From IMG/VR virus record IMGVR_UViG_2706794599_000005: DNA of 64,000 bases. One strand, written 5' to 3'. This document shows positions 55,497 to 64,000 of this stretch, in pieces. Under the pieces are notes generated by a model. That model saw nothing but the letters and a program-made list of their open reading frames with translations. It ran no database searches and was not told where the DNA came from. The position numbers were made by a program, and so were the translations under genes. How positions within the stretch are numbered: position 1 is the first letter of the stretch; each line of letters opens with the position of its first letter. The stretch comes from an uncultured virus (IMG/VR IMGVR_UViG_2706794599_000005) (Duplodnaviria; Heunggongvirae; Uroviricota; Caudoviricetes).

Positions 55497-57703
55497 TGTG
55501 CTACGCCTCCAAGTTCCTCGCCGAGGCGGAAGCCAAGGCCGTGTCGTTCGATTGTGATGTCGTGCTGCTGCCAGCTCTGCAGACCGTCGCGAACGATGAA
55601 CAGCACGATGCGCAGCACCGGCAGCAGCCCGTGCGCTATGTCGTCCTCGACCGGGTAAGTCCAGGTCGTGCCGGTGAGGCCGGTGTACGACTTCTTCAGG
55701 CTTGTGCCGCTGTAGATGCTCAGCGTGTATGTCGTGCCAGCCTCCAGCGAAATGCTGCTCGCAGACGAGTCAACCAGTTGGTCGGCCTGCAGCAGCCGGT
55801 TGCGGTGCGCCCAAGACACGGTCAGCACACCGTAGGTCTTAGTCGGATACGCAACACCGCACACAAGCACGCGGCCTGGCGCATAGGGCCGCGCCTGGCG
55901 CTGGTTCATTCGCAGTGAGTCGACCGGTGCCAGGTTCTCTGCGAGCGTCGCCGAGCTGGTACGGCTCAGCAGCTTTACTTGCACCGTCTCGCCGGTCACG
56001 TACTCACGCGTGTCCTCAGCCGTCCAGTCTTCATAGAACCAGATCAGCGCGCCGGCCTCATGCGGCGCTGGCAGCGTATCGACACATCCCCGCGCGAGCA
56101 CCGCGGTGCCGGCCGCGGCGTTGATCGCGTCGACGCGGAAGATCTCGTCATCGATCATCGCGGCCGAGCCCACCTCGACGAGGTCAAGATCAACCCCTTG
56201 GACAAGCGTGACGCTGACGCTGGTCAGGCCCCGGCCGATATCTGCTGAGATCGTCGCGACCGGGCAGAAGTCGCCGGACGTCCGCTCGTCGAATGGTGCA
56301 GACCCCACGCGGCTGAGCAGCGCGTAGTTCATCTGCAGGCCGGACGGCCGCATGCCCACCACGGCGAGGACACCCGTCTCGGGCTGCAGTTGGGCGAGAT
56401 CCGCATCGCTCAGTGCCGCCGCGAGGTCGCGGTACGGCGCCTCGATGAGCCGGCGGGTCGCAATGACCCGCGGGGTGCGGTCGGGCGGGGTCCAGTTCGG
56501 CGGCTGGACTGCGGACGTCCCGGCTGCCGGCAGTCCGAACACGTCTTCCAGCGCGGTGATGGCGATGGTGCCCTTCGTGAGGGTGCCATAGTCGATCTTG
56601 CCGGCCCTCAGGACGATCAGTTCGATCCCGCGCTTCCGGCTGCGAACGCAGAACACGTCGCCAGGGTTCAGCGCATATGCGCGCCGATCGAGCCGCACCT
56701 GGAGCTTGCGGATAGCCGACGTCGACACGTTGCAGTCGCGCGCCGCCACCCTGCCGGCCAACTCGCCGGTCGGTAGGCCCGGATACTCCTTCGTCGTCGT
56801 TATCACGCCGCCGGCCGCGCGGATCGCGCCGGCATTCTTCGCACGGGCACGCCGGTCGGTGTTTGTGATGGGGTCATGCCAGACGACGACGAACTGGTTC
56901 GCCGTGCCGTCGAGCGATGTGATGCTGTCGTCGTCGATCCCGAGCAGCCCGCTGTCCTCATCGAATACGGGCAGCGTCGCGACGTCGTAGTCGTCACGGA
57001 TCAGCCGCAGCGTCCAGAGTCCGGTCGATCGAGAAAGGAACTGGGTGGCACCGATGTGATCCAGGACGGTCTGCTCGAAGTTGTCCAGCTCGTCTGCCAC
57101 GCGAAACTTGAGGCACAGACCAAAGCCCTCGGCGAACAACGTATCTGCGGCCGTGCGATACGACGCCTGGTCCAGCAGGCCGCGATCCTTGCCCCGGCCC
57201 CAGTCGCGGTTGGTCTGGCACTCGAACAAGATGTGAGCGGGGTTCATCGCCTTCACCTGGTCGCCGGCCAGGCTGATCACTGCTTTCTCGGGATACCAGG
57301 TTCCACCGTCCCATCCGTTGAGCGCTCGTCGCCACCGGCTCATCCAGGCCTTCGGGTACCTGTTCATCGCGCAGAGTTGCCCGTCGAAGAAAGCAGTGGT
57401 GACGCCGCGGAACGCAGGCACCAAGCCACCCACCATCGCCGCCAGGCGAGGATTCACCGGCTGCCCCAGGGCGCCGAACATGACGTCCAGTGGCCCGGCG
57501 ATGCCACCCTCGGCCTTATCCCCCCCGAACAACTCACCGGCCTGGATCTGGATGGTCTGGTTACTCATCACCGAACCCTTCCAAGCGGTACGGTCACCGG
57601 CCTTGATCTCGACCATTTCGTCCAGCGGACCTCTCGCAAACCCCATGAGAATACCCATGTAGTAGCGGTAGCCCATCGTTTGCGCTTTGCTACGGCCGCC
57701 CAT
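55493..57703 (-). CDS. Tail tip (host-specificity) protein
   Basis: 736 aa; GYRY..PAFRGV..MNPAHI..LRLIRDDY. Confidence 0.8.
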   Translation of the reverse strand: MGGRSKAQTMGYRYYMGILMGFARGPLDEMVEIKAGDRTAWKGSVMSNQTIQIQAGELFGGDKAEGGIAGPLDVMFGALGQPVNPRLAAMVGGLVPAFRGVTTAFFDGQLCAMNRYPKAWMSRWRRALNGWDGGTWYPEKAVISLAGDQVKAMNPAHILFECQTNRDWGRGKDRGLLDQASYRTAADTLFAEGFGLCLKFRVADELDNFEQTVLDHIGATQFLSRSTGLWTLRLIRDDYDVATLPVFDEDSGLLGIDDDSITSLDGTANQFVVVWHDPITNTDRRARAKNAGAIRAAGGVITTTKEYPGLPTGELAGRVAARDCNVSTSAIRKLQVRLDRRAYALNPGDVFCVRSRKRGIELIVLRAGKIDYGTLTKGTIAITALEDVFGLPAAGTSAVQPPNWTPPDRTPRVIATRRLIEAPYRDLAAALSDADLAQLQPETGVLAVVGMRPSGLQMNYALLSRVGSAPFDERTSGDFCPVATISADIGRGLTSVSVTLVQGVDLDLVEVGSAAMIDDEIFRVDAINAAAGTAVLARGCVDTLPAPHEAGALIWFYEDWTAEDTREYVTGETVQVKLLSRTSSATLAENLAPVDSLRMNQRQARPYAPGRVLVCGVAYPTKTYGVLTVSWAHRNRLLQADQLVDSSASSISLEAGTTYTLSIYSGTSLKKSYTGLTGTTWTYPVEDDIAHGLLPVLRIVLFIVRDGLQSWQQHDITIERHGLGFRLGEELGGVAQ

Positions 57704-57920
57704 ATCCCGCCTCCGCACGTGCGTGGTTGACCAGGCGCACGGCCAACTCGTCTCCGGTAGCCTCAAGCACCGATGCCGGCACTCCCTCCGCAACGAACCG
57801 GTGCCAGTCCAAGCCATGGGCGTTGAACCAGGCACGTGCGCCGGATACGCAGTAGCCCGGTCGGCTGGTCAGCCCTGGCACACTGCGCAGATGCGCTGTT
57901 GTGATGATCAGATCCGTCAC
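57690..57920 (-). CDS. Small tail-tip assembly protein
   Basis: YCVSGARAWF..HGLDW..F motif; synteny. Confidence 0.7.
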   Translation of the reverse strand: MTDLIITTAHLRSVPGLTSRPGYCVSGARAWFNAHGLDWHRFVAEGVPASVLEATGDELAVRLVNHARAEAGYGRP

Positions 57921-58147
57921 TTCTTCGACCCTTTCGATTTGACTGCCTTCGTCCGCTCGTTACCGGTACCGAGGACGATCCAGTCCTCGATCCACACATC
58001 GCCGAAGATCACGTAGTGGCCGGTGCCGTCCTCGGTCTGCGGAAGATCTTCGGAAGTCAGCGCCTCCGGTTTCGGCTTCGGCGCTTTCGCAGAAGTAGCG
58101 CTGCTGATCAGATACGATGCGACCAGAATCGCGATTTGCACCCACAT
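57917..58147 (-). CDS. Small tail-tip protein
   Basis: PQTEDG..VIFGDVWI; synteny. Confidence 0.7.
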   Translation of the reverse strand: MWVQIAILVASYLISSATSAKAPKPKPEALTSEDLPQTEDGTGHYVIFGDVWIEDWIVLGTGNERTKAVKSKGSKK

Positions 58148-58157
58148 GGATGACTCC

Positions 58158-58183
58158 TACCACCAGGGATTACCACCAGGGAT
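58158..58183. repeat. 13-bp tandem duplication
   Basis: TACCACCAGGGAT x2. Confidence 0.9.
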
Positions 58184-58988
58184 CGCCGTCGAACGGCGAC
58201 TTGCCCGGAAGAAACGGCACTGCACCGCAGTTCGGCGTGTTGTCGAACTTATCGTTGCAGGTCTGAATGAGCTGGTCACAGCCAGGGAACGCGACAGCCC
58301 GAGTACCAGGAGCCAACAGCGAGGTGCCACCCACCAGGACCAGGCGGTTGCCGGTGTGCTGCTGGATACCACGCTGCTCGATCACTCCCTGGCCGCTGTC
58401 CCACTCGACGTAGCCTCCGCGGAACCAAGCATCGGGGTAGCCGCCGATCGCGTTGCCGGCCCCCGTCACGCTGTTGCCATCACGCAACTCGACGGTGAAC
58501 GGCACGCGGTATTGCTCGCGGTCTGCCCGGCAGTTGTGATCGAACACCGTGTAAGGGCACTCACGTCCCCATGCGAGGCTGATCGATGTACGCGGTTCTG
58601 TTCCGAGCAGCCGGCACTTGATCTGCACCCGGCTGTCGGCCGGCCAGTTCACCTCGTCGATCCTGCCCATCCACACCACAAGCCCCTGCGGTTCGTTCCA
58701 GTGGATGTCCCAGACGGTCAGTGTTGGAGCCTTCGATGGCCGAGCGCCCCGGTACAGCTGCGCGACTTCCAAGTCGCTCGGGCCAGTAACCGTCATGATG
58801 TCGGCGCTGACCTGGCCGGTCATGCGCCGTCCATCGTCGCTCACAGGCCGCGCCCGAAAGGTCATGTTGTTTAACTCGATGTCTCGATTCGCTGTTGTGT
58901 AGGTCCAACGGATCGGGCCGAGGCGGAAGTCGTACAAGCTGATCGCCTGGCCATCGGCGAGCGACCGCTCGCGATCACTGAAGCTCAT
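58170..58988 (-). CDS. DUF2163/BR0599-family tail protein
   Basis: CPYTVFDHNC and PGCD..TC..KF.N..N.G..PF motifs. Confidence 0.82.
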   Translation of the reverse strand: MSFSDRERSLADGQAISLYDFRLGPIRWTYTTANRDIELNNMTFRARPVSDDGRRMTGQVSADIMTVTGPSDLEVAQLYRGARPSKAPTLTVWDIHWNEPQGLVVWMGRIDEVNWPADSRVQIKCRLLGTEPRTSISLAWGRECPYTVFDHNCRADREQYRVPFTVELRDGNSVTGAGNAIGGYPDAWFRGGYVEWDSGQGVIEQRGIQQHTGNRLVLVGGTSLLAPGTRAVAFPGCDQLIQTCNDKFDNTPNCGAVPFLPGKSPFDGDPWW

Positions 58989-60681
58989 CGCGTACTCCTC
59001 GGAACACCGTGCTGGCTGTGCTGATGCCGTCGGTGTCGGTTTCGTGGGTGATCTGCACGCTGTCGCTGTCTTGCCGGCAGAGGGTCATGAACGAGATGCG
59101 CGCAACGTCGCTCGGCCGGACAACTGTGCCGAGCGCGCTGTCGATCGCCATGCGCTCGACGTCGACGTTCAGCTCGCTGACGTCGAGGATGCGCCGATGG
59201 AAGACCTGCCCGCCGTACAGCTCGATGCGGATATCACGCCGGCCGGGCGCATCAGCCCTGAAGAACCTCGCCAGGCCAACCAGCTCGACATCGAGGACGG
59301 AACTGGTCGCAGCCACCGTGTCGACCAGCACCAGGTCGGCGGCATGGGTCGGAATCCAGATCGCTTTCTGCCTACCGCGCAGGGCATACAGCAGGCTGCG
59401 CAGCGCCGCGTGCTCCTCGCGGCCCTCGGTCTGCCAGCGGAAGCCATGCACCGGGAACCCTATTCCAGCCTGGTCACTGAACTGCGGCAGCCCTGTCTCG
59501 TTGTCCAGGACATCAATCAGGCGCTGGTACGACACGGACAAGTCTTCGGACTCCTCGGGCCGCTGCTCGAGCACAGGCCAGCCCCGGTACGTTGTCGAGG
59601 GCATGACCTCCGGCCAGTCGCTGCTGTCCATCACCAGGAACCGCGCTTGTGCGCTGTAGAGGGTGTCGGTCAGCCGGGTCAGCGCCGGTTGCTCCGTCAG
59701 CTGTGCGGTGCGAATGGGGTACAAGCGGGAGCCGGCCGGCCAGCGCCGCTGAACCGGGCGCGCAAGCTGAATGGCCGACGCCGCCAGAGCCTGGATCTCC
59801 ACGACCTCGTACTCGAATGCTGACTCACCGCGCAGCAGCGCAAGGCCGCCGGCACGGAAGTCCCGCCAGCGCGTATCGCACTCGACCGTCTGCGCGCCGG
59901 CCGCGGTGACGCTTGCCAGCAACTGGATGTCCGGCCACACCGGCAGCGCCCAGATTCGCCCGCCCCAGCCGGCCAAGCTGAGATCGAGGAGCACGCGCTC
60001 GCGCCCCTCCGCGTAGAACTCAGCTTCGAATGAACGCCGGGGTGACAAACGCAGCGATCGCCGTTGCTCGACTCCCGACGTGCTGGTCAGCAGCTCGGTC
60101 AACCACTCCAGTGACTCCTGCACGCCATCAGCCCAGTCCGGCGCAAACGGCCACGCGGTGATCCGGTTTCCGGTAATGACCAGGATCAACGGCTGTTCGT
60201 CCTGCAGTTGCCAGACGATGCGCGCGTCCACTACCGGCGGTCCATCGGTCGACACGGCCACAGTCCAGATGCGCTCCTGCAGCGCCGCGAACGGCAACGG
60301 CGGCGACGGCTGGCCGGCCAGGCTGATGCCATCGGCGTCCTCGCGATCGATCTGCGACAGGGTGCGGGGCGTGAAGTGGGCGTTCCAAACTGAGACGGGA
60401 CGTTCCTGCACGCTCACGACGTTCCCCAGATCCAATCGGCCAGGGATCAGCCACAGGCGGTTGTAGTAGTTCTCTTCCAGAGCGCTTTGGTGGACAGCCT
60501 GGTACGTCGAATGGATCACCTCTACCGGCTGATGCGCCGCGTAGGCGCCGGCCCAGGTCGAGGCGCTGGCCGAGCCCAGGGTGATGTCCTGGTTCAAGCC
60601 CAGAGCGGAGATGTTCGGGGTGATGCCGGCAACGACCGCTTCGACCGGCCGAGGTACCTGAAATCCGGGGAAGGTCGCCAT
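58975..60681 (-). CDS. Virion structural (distal tail-type) protein
   Basis: 568 aa; LEWLT..GVEQRRSLRLSPRRSF repeat domain. Confidence 0.75.
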   Translation of the reverse strand: MATFPGFQVPRPVEAVVAGITPNISALGLNQDITLGSASASTWAGAYAAHQPVEVIHSTYQAVHQSALEENYYNRLWLIPGRLDLGNVVSVQERPVSVWNAHFTPRTLSQIDREDADGISLAGQPSPPLPFAALQERIWTVAVSTDGPPVVDARIVWQLQDEQPLILVITGNRITAWPFAPDWADGVQESLEWLTELLTSTSGVEQRRSLRLSPRRSFEAEFYAEGRERVLLDLSLAGWGGRIWALPVWPDIQLLASVTAAGAQTVECDTRWRDFRAGGLALLRGESAFEYEVVEIQALAASAIQLARPVQRRWPAGSRLYPIRTAQLTEQPALTRLTDTLYSAQARFLVMDSSDWPEVMPSTTYRGWPVLEQRPEESEDLSVSYQRLIDVLDNETGLPQFSDQAGIGFPVHGFRWQTEGREEHAALRSLLYALRGRQKAIWIPTHAADLVLVDTVAATSSVLDVELVGLARFFRADAPGRRDIRIELYGGQVFHRRILDVSELNVDVERMAIDSALGTVVRPSDVARISFMTLCRQDSDSVQITHETDTDGISTASTVFRGVRDELQ

Positions 60682-60683
60682 TT

Positions 60684-61521
60684 CTACTCGACCACCCGGA
60701 ATGCATAGCCGACCAGCGCGCTGGTGTTGCCGAAATCGTTGGCTGTTCCGCGCTGCAGCAAAGGGAAGACGCGCCATGTGTCGGTTCCGATGGTGATCGA
60801 GTCCCCAGGCGCGAGGAAGTCCATCCGGCACAGACCGAAATCGGGCGCTTCGCCGATGTACCTCGAACGCTGCTAACTCGGTGCAGAACAACCCGTATTC
60901 GTCGAAAGAAGCAACCATAGCGCAGCTCAGCGCCGGGCCATTCACGCGCTATCACCTGTTCGCCACCGCTGCCTATCTGCACCTGCACGTCGAAATCGCT
61001 GCCGGTCAGTTTCGTCCAGTGATGATCGGCTCCCTCAACAAGCGTGGCGTCGGCTATACGGGCGGCCAGTATGTTTGCGGCTCGTTCCTCTACAGCTCTG
61101 GCCAGGCGCTCACAAACAACTGGTCATCGCATCCATTCGATGGTTACCACATTCGATACAGCGGCGGCGGCAGCATGCTGCGGCTAGACAGCCTCGACGG
61201 TAGCCCATCGCCGGACTGGTTGCCGTTCGACTACACAACGAACGTCTCCCGGCGCGTCGTCGGCCCCGGTCGCGGAAACTACAGCAGTCAGTACCATCCA
61301 CCGGGCTGCGCGTTCCACGCCAGCCCGTTGTCGAACCCCGTATTGCCCGCGATCTGAAACTGATTGGCTCCGGCATTGAATGACCAGTACCCATCAGCGT
61401 TGTGACAGATCCATTCCGATGCCGACGCGCGGTCGGTGACCCAGCCGAGCGACTCGGCGTGGACGCGCACCTTGGCGAGCAAGTCGGCCGGGTTGTTCGC
61501 TGTTCCTGTGAAATAGGCCAT
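60684..61521 (-). pseudogene. Virion structural gene broken by internal inversion (60875-61299) plus sequence loss
   Basis: N-terminus on minus 61521-61300, middle on plus 60875-61299, C-terminus on minus 60874-60684. Confidence 0.88.
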
Positions 61522-61522
61522 G

Positions 61523-62479
61523 TCAGTCCTTCCTGATCGCGTAGAGCCAAGGGTTACCGCTACGCCAAGCGGTTTGGAAAACGACGTGGTCCACTCCGTC
61601 CTCGACAATCAGGTCCTCGGCGCCGGAGTTGAGCGTTGGCACGTAGAAAGCGCCGTCGAAGTCACCGAGGTACCGGCGTCCCTCGGTTTCGCGGGTGACG
61701 AACTGCAAAGCTTTCAGCGGGAACTTTCCGAATGAATCCCGCAGTTGTTTGACCACGGTGTCACTGCTGCCCGCATAACGGCCGCAGCCCAGCGGGAGGA
61801 GCGTCCGATTGCTGTAGTCGGACTCGTTGGCAGCCCCTCCTTCGACAGTGAAACCGAGCCAGCGCCCGGCGGGATCGCGGAGATAGCAGCTGCGCTCGTA
61901 GGGGCTGCTGATGCCCCTGTGCCGGTCGGTGACGTCGGACCAGCGCACAGCGACGTCCCCGCGATACGACCCCACGACAGCCAGCGGATACGGGAACTGC
62001 GACGGCGGACAGGGTGGCAGGATGAAGCCGGCGCCGGCAGACTCGTAGATCGTCGAGACTTTCACGACGACCCAGAAGCGTCGGCCGTTGGCGAAGAACC
62101 AGTAGGGCATCGGCTGGTTCCAGGCAAGCAGCTGTACTCGCGGGCTGTAGTTGACGAACGCCGTCCAGAAGTCACCACCCGGCGGCAGCGCGCCAGGATT
62201 GAACGCGGTACCGCCCATCAGCCGGACGTTGTAGTAGTCGAGCGCGGTGTCGCCGTAGGACTGGACTCCCATGAAGATGCTGTCTTCACCGCCGAGGCCA
62301 GGCGCCCGCAGGGTCACCTGGCGAATCGCGATCGCCGTCCCAGATGCTGGAATGGTGTTGTCGAAAACTTTCTCGTAGGCCTGGCCCGCCGCGACGAGCG
62401 TCGGGTTGGCGGTGAGGAACTGGACGAGTCGTTCGACCAGGTCGGCGTGGTTCGCGGCTGTGCCGAATTCGGTGGCCAT
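61523..62479 (-). CDS. Virion structural protein
   Basis: 318 aa directly after the tape measure; MATEFGTA start resembles the adjacent broken gene. Confidence 0.8.
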   Translation of the reverse strand: MATEFGTAANHADLVERLVQFLTANPTLVAAGQAYEKVFDNTIPASGTAIAIRQVTLRAPGLGGEDSIFMGVQSYGDTALDYYNVRLMGGTAFNPGALPPGGDFWTAFVNYSPRVQLLAWNQPMPYWFFANGRRFWVVVKVSTIYESAGAGFILPPCPPSQFPYPLAVVGSYRGDVAVRWSDVTDRHRGISSPYERSCYLRDPAGRWLGFTVEGGAANESDYSNRTLLPLGCGRYAGSSDTVVKQLRDSFGKFPLKALQFVTRETEGRRYLGDFDGAFYVPTLNSGAEDLIVEDGVDHVVFQTAWRSGNPWLYAIRKD

Positions 62480-62849
62480 CAGTTGATTCCCAGTAGTTGA
62501 CGGAATTTCTGCGGGTCGCGGCTGATGTGCAGAACCATTGCCTCGTCGCCGTAACGACCTGCCATCACATCACCGATGCGGCTGGGGTCGTCGACCAGGT
62601 AGAAGTTCTGGTTGTTCTTCAGCGTCGCGCTGAGGTTCTTTGCGGGCTCCTGCAGGCGCGATGCAGAAAGGCCCGGAGCAGGCATTGCGGCGCGGGAATG
62701 CTGGCTATTCCGCCCGTCGCGTGGCGCACAGCACCGGACCAGTCATGTAGTGCCGCCCAACCGCGCTTGTTGATGTCCAGGAGCAGCGGGGTCATGCCAG
62801 GCTGGGTTGCGGCCGCGGCCCTGATGACGACCTCCTGATCCGAAAGCCG
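62479..62849 (-). pseudogene. Tape measure protein C-terminal remnant with frameshift
   Basis: LSDQEVVIRAAA..HATGG..IPAP in one frame, AMPAPG..FRQLLGIN in another; no N-terminus. Confidence 0.8.
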
Positions 62850-62856
62850 CCCATGG

Positions 62857-63153
62857 TCAGAGCCCCAGCGTCAGGCCGAGGATGCAGGCCAGTACGATCA
62901 GCCCACGGCGCAGCCAGGCGCCCACGACCACCAGGTTGGCTGAGCACTCATGCGGGCGAGCCACGTAGGGAAACAGGCTGCGGTCGATCCAGTAGCCGGC
63001 CACTGCGCCCAGCGTCACCAGGACCAGCTTATAGGTGACGACCTGGAGCTGCTCCGGGCGAATGGCGGCGAGGATGATCAGCAGGACGAGGGTGACCAGC
63101 GTCCAACTGGTCATACGCGGCGCGCGGCGGCGCCGGGGTTGCGGCGATGACAT
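62857..63153 (-). CDS. Putative holin
   Basis: GYWIDRSLFPY..LRRGLIV motif of Mu-like phage holins; TM segments. Confidence 0.8.
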   Translation of the reverse strand: MSSPQPRRRRAPRMTSWTLVTLVLLIILAAIRPEQLQVVTYKLVLVTLGAVAGYWIDRSLFPYVARPHECSANLVVVGAWLRRGLIVLACILGLTLGL

Positions 63154-63323
63154 AACGATGCTCCCGATGGGGCGGCCATCCTTGGCCTGACTGAAGGTCC
63201 TACCTGCAAGCAGGTGTGACGATCATCCCCACGGGGGAGCAGAGTGTATTTTGGAAGGAGCGAAAACCAATCCAAGGGAAAGTGGATCAGCATGGAGTCT
63301 CCATCACCGAGGAGACCACCACC

Positions 63324-63698
63324 ATGTCCAGGCATGAAGACCTGCTGTTGCAACTCATCCAGCGTGACCCCGACAAGATCAGGAGCATCCTGGGGCTGCC
63401 CGCTCCAAAGCCAGACCTGTCCTGGTACGAAGGAGCAGACGTCTGGATTGAAGCTGGACACCGCAGCGACAGGGGCGCGGAACTACGCATAGCCTTCGGG
63501 GAGCCACTCCCGAATGGCTATGCCGATTTCTGGATACCGTTCAGTGGACCGGATGGCAATGCACTGGGCTGGCTGCGCTTCAGCTACATCACCACGGTAC
63601 GGGAGAAGTCTCTGTTCACCGCCTGTGAATGGCGCTCCGCAGGCGAACCTGCGCCGGCCGAAGAGAGCCGCCTGCCCCTCCCCATAGAGAACCTGTGA
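63324..63698 (+). CDS. Hypothetical accessory protein (124 aa)
   Basis: GAGGAG RBS, MSRHEDLLLQL start, divergent from holin. Confidence 0.65.
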   Translation: MSRHEDLLLQLIQRDPDKIRSILGLPAPKPDLSWYEGADVWIEAGHRSDRGAELRIAFGEPLPNGYADFWIPFSGPDGNALGWLRFSYITTVREKSLFTACEWRSAGEPAPAEESRLPLPIENL

Positions 63699-63722
63699 GG
63701 CCCCTAATGAAACGACGAAAAA

Positions 63723-63998
63723 TCATTCGGAACGGCTACCGGGATCGTCGGGATCGGGAGCTTTTCGAGGCTGCAGTTTCGAGAACAGCTGCAGAATGTC
63801 TTGAGCAATCTCGTCTTCGGTTGCTTGCGAGTGCCATTTGTCTAAAGCGTCTAGCCGATCAGGTCCAGCATCTTTCCCTAGAAGTGTCCGAAGTGCCAAA
63901 ACAGATGCTGGATCAACTCCGTTATCAGTTAGCCCCAGAACACTCTGCAGGAAAGCTTTGACCAGTCCGCCGCAAGCTGGCTGCTCCGCGTGTTCAGC
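63723..63998 (-). CDS. 3' part of a hypothetical gene entering from beyond the window
   Basis: Open frame AEHAEQPACGGLVKAFLQ..ATEDEIAQDILQLF..SRSE* not in the ORF track because its start is outside. Confidence 0.55.
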   Translation of the reverse strand, partial: AEHAEQPACGGLVKAFLQSVLGLTDNGVDPASVLALRTLLGKDAGPDRLDALDKWHSQATEDEIAQDILQLFSKLQPRKAPDPDDPGSRSE

Positions 63999-64000
63999 AT

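Larger units (their letters stand above)
52888..64000 (-). mobile_element. Defective Mu-like (B3-like) transposable prophage, late end; continues beyond the window
   Basis: Terminal TG, com-MTase pair at the end, DUF2793/DUF2163-type tail-tip genes, holin; internal rearrangements. Confidence 0.85.

Noticed and set aside
60875..61299. Programmed invertible segment (Gin/shufflon-like)
   Set aside because: No inverted recombination sites or invertase seen, and re-inversion does not restore the frame
60881..61357. Independent 158-aa plus-strand gene
   Set aside because: It is the inverted middle of the broken minus-strand gene
63629..63961. Plus-strand ORF MKRRKIIRNG...
   Set aside because: Overlaps a more protein-like minus-strand frame entering from outside the window; not fully excluded
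1..64000. CRISPR array, retron/DGR, IS element, rRNA
   Set aside because: No regular repeat-spacer array, reverse transcriptase, transposase or rRNA sequence seen by eye

Overview
GC-rich Pseudomonas aeruginosa-like chromosome segment with three parts. (1) 1-49224: an apparently complete ~49 kb lambdoid siphovirus prophage integrated in tRNA-Ser(TGA). The integrase is at the window start and the duplicated tRNA 3' half (attR) is at 49167-49224. It carries a leftward early operon (xis, nucleotide-enzyme-like genes, C5 MTase, helicase-MTase fusion, Rad50-like ATPase, RecT/YqaJ, a CsrA/RsmA homologue), a cI/cro switch with readable operators, replication genes, head and tail modules, a low-GC tailspike plus O-antigen acetyltransferase cassette, a split lysis cassette and a LexA-boxed SRAP operon. 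(2) 49359-52887: host sulfur-metabolism genes (multi-domain rhodanese, cysteine dioxygenase family, LysR). (3) 52888-64000: a decayed Mu-like (B3-like) transposable prophage with com-dam and tail-tip genes. It shows a 425-bp non-homologous inversion inside one gene and a large deletion joining the holin region to a tape-measure remnant. The best candidates for undescribed biology are the extended phage CsrA next to a ~205-nt structured GGA-rich RNA, a predicted antisense RNA gating com-dam, and two accessory genes probably expressed in the lysogen. All protein-family calls come from motif recognition and synteny; no database search was run.
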